From an uncultured Lachnospiraceae bacterium (GTDB lineage: Bacteria > Bacillota > Clostridia > Lachnospirales > Lachnospiraceae), in assembly GCA_902789665.1 (NCBI GenBank), contig CADAOY010000007.1, forward strand, positions 1,057 to 65,056: DNA of 64,000 nt, read 5' to 3'. Below the pieces are notes generated by a model. It worked only from the letters and a program-made list of their open reading frames with translations. It was not told the origin of the DNA and searched no databases. Positions 35,274-42,421 of the stretch are shown here, piece by piece. A program made the translations under genes and the position numbers. Each line of letters begins with the position of its first letter. Position 1 is the stretch's first letter.

Positions 35274-35619
35274 CCATTTTACCTCCTCTTAATCCGCTTT
35301 CATATAAAAGACCGCAGGCAGAAAACATTCTGTGACCTGTGGAAAGAATAGGAAGATTATTCTCCTTAGCCATTTCAATCATGGCTTCATCAGGCTTCTT
35401 GCCCCTTACGAAAATAATGCAAACGATATCCATCATATCAGCTGTTCTGATAACCTGTGGGTTGCAAAGTCCGGTAAGAAGAGCGCAGCTTGTCTTGGCA
35501 AAGGCAAGAACATCGCTCATCATGTCTGAACCGCAGGCTGTGCGAACTTCTACATCCAGCAAATCCTCGCCGGTTATAACTTCGCAGTCTAAAAGATTCT
35601 TTATTTCACCAACTGTCAT
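35266..35619 (-). CDS. DRTGG-domain protein
   Basis: ACGSDMMSDVLA..LLTGL.NPQVIRTA..IIFVRGK; start moved to ATG 35619 behind GGAGG. Confidence 0.85.
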   Translation of the reverse strand: MTVGEIKNLLDCEVITGEDLLDVEVRTACGSDMMSDVLAFAKTSCALLTGLCNPQVIRTADMMDIVCIIFVRGKKPDEAMIEMAKENNLPILSTGHRMFSACGLLYESGLRGGKMDA

Positions 35620-35689
35620 TTGTTCCTCCATAAAAAATAACTGTAAAATCCCCGCCAAACTCTTTTTTGGCATACAAAAATACATATTA

Positions 35690-35717
35690 ATTATATCACA
35701 AGAGCGGTGCTTTTCAA
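35690..35717 (-). promoter_or_regulatory. Sigma-A promoter of the leftward regulatory operon
   Basis: Minus strand TTGAAA-16 bp-TATAAT with TG extension. Confidence 0.6.
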
Positions 35718-35830
35718 CAAATTAGACAAAAAATAATAAATATTTAATTAGTTTTATGTAGAAAATTGATAAAAAATGGGATAGAATATATTTGCACGAT
35801 TTTAGCAACTTAACATACCAGTTTAGTGTG

Positions 35831-35859
35831 TAGATATATATTTTATATTATGATAAAAT
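35831..35859 (+). promoter_or_regulatory. Sigma-A promoter of the hydrogenase operon
   Basis: TAGATA-17 bp-TAAAAT with TG extension. Confidence 0.5.
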
Positions 35860-35949
35860 GGTCGAAGGTTTGACTAGATTGTTGCAAGGTGCTTGCAACT
35901 TTTAGTATATATTTATTTGTTAAAAAAATATCAAGGAGGTTTTTTAAGG

Positions 35950-36447
35950 ATGAGTTCAAAGAAGACAGCAATTCCTTTTACAGGAACAAAAGAGCAAGAA
36001 GAAAAACTCATGCAAGTCATCGCTGAACACAAGGATCTGAAGGGCGCTTTAATGCCTGTAATGCAGAAGGCTCAGGATATCTACGGATATCTTCCTATCG
36101 AAGTACAGACAATGATTGCGGATGGTCTTGGCGTACCTTTGGAAAAAGTGTATGGTGTTGCAACATTCTATTCACAGTTCTCCCTTAATCCAAAGGGCAA
36201 GTATCAGATTTCTGTATGTTTAGGTACAGCCTGCTACGTTAAGGGTTCTGGTGATGTTTATTCCAAGCTTGAGGACGTTCTTGGAATCAAGGGTGGAGAG
36301 TGCACCCCTGACAGAAAATTCTCATTGGATGCATGCCGTTGCGTCGGAGCATGTGGTCTGGCTCCAGTTATGATGATCAACGATGAAGTTTATGGTCGTC
36401 TTACACCTGACCAGATTCAGGGAATCATTGATAAATACAATGATTAA
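35950..36447 (+). CDS. NuoE-like [2Fe-2S] subunit of multimeric [FeFe]-hydrogenase (HndA/HydC)
   Basis: CLGTACYVKG and CVGACGLAP; start ATG 35950 behind AGGAGG. Confidence 0.93.
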   Translation: MSSKKTAIPFTGTKEQEEKLMQVIAEHKDLKGALMPVMQKAQDIYGYLPIEVQTMIADGLGVPLEKVYGVATFYSQFSLNPKGKYQISVCLGTACYVKGSGDVYSKLEDVLGIKGGECTPDRKFSLDACRCVGACGLAPVMMINDEVYGRLTPDQIQGIIDKYND

Positions 36448-36481
36448 TTAATGTACTGTTATATAATCGGGGTACTTGGTT

Positions 36482-37039
36482 ATGATGTCAGAAATTGCCA
36501 TGAGCGTTTTGGATGTTGCTGAGAATTCAGTAAGAGCAAAGGCTACATGGGTACGTATCGAAGTTTTGGTAGATGAAGCAGCGGATTCGCTTATTGTTTC
36601 CATAGAAGATAATGGCTGCGGTATGAGTGAAGAACAGGTCAGAAAAGTTTCTGATCCATTCTTTACCACAAGAACCACAAGAAAAGTTGGTCTTGGGGTG
36701 CCATTCTTTAAGGAAGCATGTGAGTGTACCGGCGGGGATTTTACAATCGAGTCTAAAGAGGGGGTTGGAACCAAGTTCACTGCCAGATTTGTTTTATCAC
36801 ATATCGACAGAATTCCTCTTGGAGACATAAACGGAAGTATACATCAGCTGGTGACTTTCAGGGAAGAAATCAACTGGATATACAGATACAAATTTAATGA
36901 TAAGGAATTCACCATGGATACTGCAGAATTCAGGGAAGTATTAGGTGATATTTCATTTAAGACCAAAGATGTTTCAGATTATATAATGGAATATTTAAAC
37001 GAAAACAAATTCTCCGTAGATGGCGGAAGAGACATTTAA
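36482..37039 (+). CDS. HATPase_c ATP-binding protein (histidine-kinase-like, no H-box) inside the hydrogenase operon
   Basis: ENS (N), DNGCG (G1), DPFFTT (F), GLG (G2). Confidence 0.85.
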   Translation: MMSEIAMSVLDVAENSVRAKATWVRIEVLVDEAADSLIVSIEDNGCGMSEEQVRKVSDPFFTTRTTRKVGLGVPFFKEACECTGGDFTIESKEGVGTKFTARFVLSHIDRIPLGDINGSIHQLVTFREEINWIYRYKFNDKEFTMDTAEFREVLGDISFKTKDVSDYIMEYLNENKFSVDGGRDI

Positions 37040-37064
37040 TGAAAATAATTAGGAGGAAAGCATA

Positions 37065-37436
37065 ATGAAATCTCTTGAAGAATTAAAAGCTATTAGAGAG
37101 AAAATGCAGAGCCAGGTAGTCTTAAGAACTGAGAGCGAAGCTGAAACAAGAGTTGTAGTTGGTATGGCTACATGTGGTATCGCAGCTGGTGCTCGTCCAG
37201 TATTGGTTGCATTATCAAATGCAGTTAATGAAAAAGGACTTGAAGGCGTATCTGTAACTCAGACAGGTTGTATCGGTTTATGTCAGTATGAGCCAATCGT
37301 TGAAGTAATTCAGCCTAACAAAGAAAAAGTTACATATATTCATATGACACCTGAGAAGGCTCTTGAAGTTGTTGATCAGCATCTTGTAAGAGGCCAGGTT
37401 GTTGAGAAATATACAATTGGTACAGAATTAAAATAA
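37065..37436 (+). CDS. Thioredoxin-like [2Fe-2S] ferredoxin subunit (HndB/HydD)
   Basis: VGMATCGIAAGA, TGCIGLCQYEP. Confidence 0.9.
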   Translation: MKSLEELKAIREKMQSQVVLRTESEAETRVVVGMATCGIAAGARPVLVALSNAVNEKGLEGVSVTQTGCIGLCQYEPIVEVIQPNKEKVTYIHMTPEKALEVVDQHLVRGQVVEKYTIGTELK

Positions 37437-37454
37437 ATTGAGGAGGACAAATTA

Positions 37455-39269
37455 ATGTATCGTTCACATGTATTAGTATGCGGTGGTACAGGTTGTACTT
37501 CCTCAGGAAGTCAACAGATCATCGATGCATTCGAAAGCGAGATCAAGAAGAATGACCTTGCTGAAGAAGTTGCAGTAGTACGTACAGGTTGCCACGGTTT
37601 ATGTGCACTTGGTCCAATCGTACTTATTTATCCGGAAGGATCTTTCTACTCAATGGTTAAGCCGGAAGACGTTGCTGAAATCGTTTCAGAGCATCTTTTA
37701 AAGGGTAGAGTAGTTACAAGGCTTTTATATCAGGAAACAGTTAAGGAAGAAGAAGTTGTTCCTCTTGCTGAAACAGGTTTCTATAAGAAGCAGATGAGAG
37801 TTGCTCTTCGTAACTGTGGTGTTATTAACCCAGAAAACATTGAAGAGTATATCGCAGTTGATGGTTATCAGGCACTTGGTAAAGTTTTAACTGAGATGAC
37901 ACCTGAAGATGTAATCCAGACACTTCTTGATGCAGGTCTTCGTGGCCGTGGTGGTGCTGGTTTCCCTACAGGTCAGAAGTGGAAACTTGCCAGAACTTTG
38001 GTTCCTGATGCAGATCAGAAATATGTATGTTGTAATGCCGACGAAGGTGACCCGGGTGCATTCATGGATCGTTCAGTACTTGAAGGTGATCCACATGTTG
38101 TACTTGAAGCTATGGCAATTGCAGGTTATGCAATTGGTGCTAACCAGGGTTATATCTACGTAAGAGCTGAGTATCCTATCGCTATTGAAAGATTACAGAT
38201 CGCAATCGGACAGGCCAGAGAATACGGCTTACTTGGTAAGGATATCTTCGGAACAGGCTTTGATTTTGATATCGACTTAAGATTCGGTGCTGGTGCATTC
38301 GTTTGTGGTGAGGAAACAGCCCTTATGACTTCTATCGAAGGTAACAGAGGTGAGCCTCGTCCACGTCCACCATTCCCAGCTGTTAAAGGTTTATTTGCTA
38401 AGCCAACAGTACTTAACAACGTTGAGACATATGCTAACATTCCACGTATCATTTTAAATGGTGCTGAGTGGTTCGCATCAATGGGTACAGAGAAGAGCAA
38501 GGGTACAAAGGTATTCGCTCTTGGTGGAAAGATTAACAACACAGGTCTTGTAGAAGTTCCTATGGGTACAACACTTCGTGAAGTTATTGAGGATATCGGT
38601 GGTGGTATTCCTAATGGCAAGAAGTTCAAGGCTGCTCAGACAGGTGGTCCTTCAGGTGGATGTATCCCAGCAGAGCACTTCGATATTCCTATTGATTATG
38701 ATAACCTTATTGGTATCGGTTCCATGATGGGTTCTGGTGGACTTATCGTTATGGATGAAGACAACTGTATGGTTGATATCGCTAAGTTCTTCTTAGAGTT
38801 CACTGTAGATGAGTCTTGTGGTAAGTGTACACCTTGCCGTATCGGTACTAAGAGATTATATGAAATGCTTGATAAGATTACTAAGGGTCAGGGTACCTTA
38901 GAAGACTTGGACAAGATGGAAGAGTTATGCTACTACATCAAGGCTAACTCACTTTGTGGTCTTGGTCAGACAGCTCCTAACCCTGTTCTTTCAACACTTC
39001 GTTACTTCAAAGATGAGTATGTTGCTCACGTAGTTGACAAGAAGTGTCCAGCAGGCGTATGTAAAGATCTTCTTTCATTCTCTATTGATAAAGAGAAGTG
39101 TGTTGGCTGTGGTATGTGTGCTAAACAGTGTCCTGCTTCAGCTATCTCAAAGACAGATTATATCGCTCCTGGTAAGAAACTTCCTGCAATGGCAATTGAC
39201 ACATCCAAGTGTGTTAAGTGTGGTGCATGTATGTCAACATGTAAGTTCAAAGCTATTTCTAAAGGGTAA
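37455..39269 (+). CDS. NuoF-like NADH/FMN subunit (HndC/HydB)
   Basis: GRGGAGFPTG, ADEGDPGAFMDR, GAGAFVCGEET, GGPSGG, CGKCTPCRIG, C-terminal 2x[4Fe-4S]. Confidence 0.95.
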   Translation: MYRSHVLVCGGTGCTSSGSQQIIDAFESEIKKNDLAEEVAVVRTGCHGLCALGPIVLIYPEGSFYSMVKPEDVAEIVSEHLLKGRVVTRLLYQETVKEEEVVPLAETGFYKKQMRVALRNCGVINPENIEEYIAVDGYQALGKVLTEMTPEDVIQTLLDAGLRGRGGAGFPTGQKWKLARTLVPDADQKYVCCNADEGDPGAFMDRSVLEGDPHVVLEAMAIAGYAIGANQGYIYVRAEYPIAIERLQIAIGQAREYGLLGKDIFGTGFDFDIDLRFGAGAFVCGEETALMTSIEGNRGEPRPRPPFPAVKGLFAKPTVLNNVETYANIPRIILNGAEWFASMGTEKSKGTKVFALGGKINNTGLVEVPMGTTLREVIEDIGGGIPNGKKFKAAQTGGPSGGCIPAEHFDIPIDYDNLIGIGSMMGSGGLIVMDEDNCMVDIAKFFLEFTVDESCGKCTPCRIGTKRLYEMLDKITKGQGTLEDLDKMEELCYYIKANSLCGLGQTAPNPVLSTLRYFKDEYVAHVVDKKCPAGVCKDLLSFSIDKEKCVGCGMCAKQCPASAISKTDYIAPGKKLPAMAIDTSKCVKCGACMSTCKFKAISKG

Positions 39270-39337
39270 CAAAAGTAAAAGATTTTACAGGGAAGCCTGT
39301 TAAAAGGCTTAAGGATATTATTTAGGAGGTAAATTTA

Positions 39338-41095
39338 ATGGAAACCGTTAAAGTTAAAATAAATGGTGTTGAAGTAGATGCACCTAAAGGCTCTTCCATA
39401 TTAGCAGCAGCAAAGCTTGCCGGAATCGATATTCCTACTTTATGTTACTTAAAGGAAATCAATGAAATCGGCGCTTGTCGTATCTGTATGGTAGAAGCTA
39501 ATGAAGGCAGAGGCCCTAGACTGGTAGCTGCTTGTGTATATCCTGTTTCAGAGGGTATGGAAGTAAGCACAAATTCACCAAAGGTATTGGAAAGCAGAAA
39601 GAAAACACTTCAGCTTATCTTATCTGACCATGATAAGAAATGTTTATCATGTGTACGTAGTGGTAAGTGTGAACTTCAGAAGCTTTGCAAAGACTATGGC
39701 GTAGATGATGAGAATAAGTACGAAGGCGTTGTAAACGAATTCGAACTTGATGAATCTGCAGCACATATGGTAAGAGATAACAACAAGTGTATCAATTGCC
39801 GTCGTTGTATCGCAGTTTGTGAGAAGAATCAGGGTATTGGCGTTATCGGCGCTAATAACAGAGGTTTCATCACAGAGATTTCTTCTCCATTTGGTATGGG
39901 ACTTGCTGAGACAGCCTGCGTATGCTGTGGTCAGTGTATCGCTGCTTGTCCTACAGGTGCTATTTATGAGAAGTCTGATATTGATAAGATCTTAGCAGCT
40001 ATTGCAGATCCTGAGAAGCATGTTGTTGTTCAGACAGCTCCTGCTGTTAGAGCAGCACTTGGTGAAGCATTTGGTCTTCCAATCGGAACAGGTGTTGAAG
40101 GCAAGATGGTTGCAGCTCTTAGAAGAATCGGATTCGAGAAAGTATTCGATACAGATTTTGCAGCTGACGTAACAATTATGGAAGAAGCTCATGAGCTCTT
40201 AGACAGAGTTAAAAATGGTGGTGTACTTCCAATGATTACATCTTGTTCACCAGGATGGATTAAATATTGTGAGCATTACTATCCAGATCAGCTTGAGCAC
40301 TTATCATCATGTAAGTCACCTCAGCAGATGTTTGGTGCAATTCTTAAAACATATTACGCACAGAAGATGGGCTGGGATCCTAAGTCAATCGTATCTGTCA
40401 GCGTAATGCCATGTACAGCTAAGAAGTTTGAAATTGGTCGTGAAGATCAGAGCGCTGCTGGTGTTCCAGATCTTGATTACACAATGACAACAAGAGAACT
40501 TGCAAGATTAATTGAGAGATGTTCAATTAACTTCCTTGCTCTTCCAGATGAGACATTTGATGATCCTATGGGTGAGAGTACAGGTGCTGCAGTTATCTTC
40601 GGTGCAACCGGTGGTGTTATGGAAGCAGCTCTCAGAACAGCTGTATGGAAACTTACAGGCGAGACAAATGACAGCCCAATCGAATTCAAGGAAGTTCGTG
40701 GTATGGAAGGCATCAAGGAAGCTACATACAAAGTTAACGATCTTGAAGTTAAGGTTGCTATCGCTTCAGGTCTTGCTAATGCCAAGGTTATCATGGATAA
40801 GATCAGAGCCGGCGAAGCTGATTACGTATTCGTTGAAGTTATGGCTTGCCCAGGCGGCTGTATCAACGGTGGTGGACAGCCACAGGTACCTGCACACATC
40901 CGCAATTTTGTTGACTATCGTTCACTTCGTGCAGGTGCATTATACAAATATGATGAGACTATGCCTGTTCGTAAGTCACATGAGAACAAATCTGTACTTA
41001 AGTTATATGAAGAGTTCTTCGGTGAACCAAACAGCCATAAAGCACATGAAGTTTTACATACAACCTATGTAAAGAGAAAAATTCATGAGATTTAA
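39338..41095 (+). CDS. [FeFe]-hydrogenase catalytic subunit (HndD/HydA, group A3 type)
   Basis: N-terminal [2Fe-2S], His-ligated and 2x[4Fe-4S] motifs; P1 TSCSPGW, P2 MPCTAKKFE, P3 EVMACPGGCINGGG. Confidence 0.95.
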   Translation: METVKVKINGVEVDAPKGSSILAAAKLAGIDIPTLCYLKEINEIGACRICMVEANEGRGPRLVAACVYPVSEGMEVSTNSPKVLESRKKTLQLILSDHDKKCLSCVRSGKCELQKLCKDYGVDDENKYEGVVNEFELDESAAHMVRDNNKCINCRRCIAVCEKNQGIGVIGANNRGFITEISSPFGMGLAETACVCCGQCIAACPTGAIYEKSDIDKILAAIADPEKHVVVQTAPAVRAALGEAFGLPIGTGVEGKMVAALRRIGFEKVFDTDFAADVTIMEEAHELLDRVKNGGVLPMITSCSPGWIKYCEHYYPDQLEHLSSCKSPQQMFGAILKTYYAQKMGWDPKSIVSVSVMPCTAKKFEIGREDQSAAGVPDLDYTMTTRELARLIERCSINFLALPDETFDDPMGESTGAAVIFGATGGVMEAALRTAVWKLTGETNDSPIEFKEVRGMEGIKEATYKVNDLEVKVAIASGLANAKVIMDKIRAGEADYVFVEVMACPGGCINGGGQPQVPAHIRNFVDYRSLRAGALYKYDETMPVRKSHENKSVLKLYEEFFGEPNSHKAHEVLHTTYVKRKIHEI

Positions 41096-41139
41096 TTAAC
41101 CTTAAAAACCTTGTATTTTATATAATTTTTAATGCATAT

Positions 41140-41169
41140 CTCAGCGGAGATTATTCTCCGCTGAGTTTT
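41140..41169 (+). terminator. Intrinsic terminator of the hydrogenase operon
   Basis: CTCAGCGGAGA-TTAT-TCTCCGCTGAG-TTTT. Confidence 0.9.
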
Positions 41170-41240
41170 ATGCGTTATTAAGAACGTTATTATTAATTGA
41201 CTATTAGTTGGTATTTAGTTTTAATCTGGGGAGCGTTATT

Positions 41241-42392
41241 ATGATAAAGAAAAGGTTGGTTACAATATTACTTGCTTTATCATTAGCATCAGCCATGTTT
41301 ATTAGCGGATGTGAAGATGAAGTTTCTGATGTTACTGAAACTGAAGTAGTTGAGACTGTTGAGGAAACAGTGGATGAAACTACAGAAGAAACAGATACAG
41401 TTGATGAAGATGAAAATGATTCAGCAGATAATGCTGATGAAACAATAAATGATACTGCCAAGGAAGATGTTGATAATTCCGAGGCTGATAAAGAAGAGAC
41501 AAAAGAAGACAATGCTGAGAAAAAGGAAGAAGAAGCATTCCATGTTGAATCAGCAGATATTCTTATGTTTGTAAAAAAGGCCGTTAATGTTCGTACTGGC
41601 CCTAATACCAATTATGAGAGAATTGGTTCACTTGAAAAAGGAACAGATGTTGAAGTTACAGGCGTAGCTGATACAGGATGGTACAGAATTAAATATAATG
41701 GACAGGTTGGATATGTTTCCAACAAATTCCTTATAACAGAGGAAGAATATAAAGTTTTGGAGACTGCAGAGAATGCAGCCAAAGAAGCTGCCAAGGAAGC
41801 AACAAAACTTGTTGAGCAGGGTAATCTCGAAATAAGTTCTACTGATGCCCAGAAGATGGCTCAGGATATTATCTCACAGGAGACTAATCTTACACCTGAA
41901 CAACAGCAGCAAATTATAGATGACATTGCAGCCAAGATAGAGCAGTCAGTTAAGGAAGCTGCAGCGCAGGCTCAGCAACAGCAGGAACAGCAGACACAGG
42001 CTGCAAGTGCAGGTACCGATACAGGAAGAGTTGTTGCTCTTTGTAATGAATACAGAGCCAATGCAGGACTTGGCGGATTAACTGAAGATGCCACGCTTGA
42101 TGCCATGGCAGCTCAGAGAGCACAGGAAATCGCCCAGTCATTTAGTCATACAAGACCTGACGGAAGAGACTGTTCATCAATATATGATGATTATGGATAT
42201 TCCTGGATGGCTTGTGGAGAGAATATTGCAGCAGGACAGACATCTGCTGATGAAGTTATGACAAGCTGGATGAATTCAGAAGGTCATAAAGCAAATATAC
42301 TTAGCGGGAATTTTGGCCGAATAGGAGTTGCATGCTATTCAGATCCTAATAGCGCATACGGATACTATTGGGTTCAGGTATTCTCGAACTAA
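41241..42392 (+). CDS. Lipoprotein with acidic linker, SH3b domain and CAP/SCP domain
   Basis: Lipobox ISGC; VNVRTGP..GWYRI.YNGQVGYVS (SH3b); NEYR..FSHTRPDG..GENIA..WMNSEGHKANIL (CAP). Confidence 0.9.
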   Translation: MIKKRLVTILLALSLASAMFISGCEDEVSDVTETEVVETVEETVDETTEETDTVDEDENDSADNADETINDTAKEDVDNSEADKEETKEDNAEKKEEEAFHVESADILMFVKKAVNVRTGPNTNYERIGSLEKGTDVEVTGVADTGWYRIKYNGQVGYVSNKFLITEEEYKVLETAENAAKEAAKEATKLVEQGNLEISSTDAQKMAQDIISQETNLTPEQQQQIIDDIAAKIEQSVKEAAAQAQQQQEQQTQAASAGTDTGRVVALCNEYRANAGLGGLTEDATLDAMAAQRAQEIAQSFSHTRPDGRDCSSIYDDYGYSWMACGENIAAGQTSADEVMTSWMNSEGHKANILSGNFGRIGVACYSDPNSAYGYYWVQVFSN

Positions 42393-42421
42393 AAAGAAAG
42401 TTGTTAAGGAGACTAAGCAGA

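Noticed and set aside
40236-40260. HydA P1 motif TSCSPGW instead of TSCCPGW
   Set aside because: TSC(C/S)P is an accepted variant of the L1/P1 consensus; P2 and P3 are canonical.
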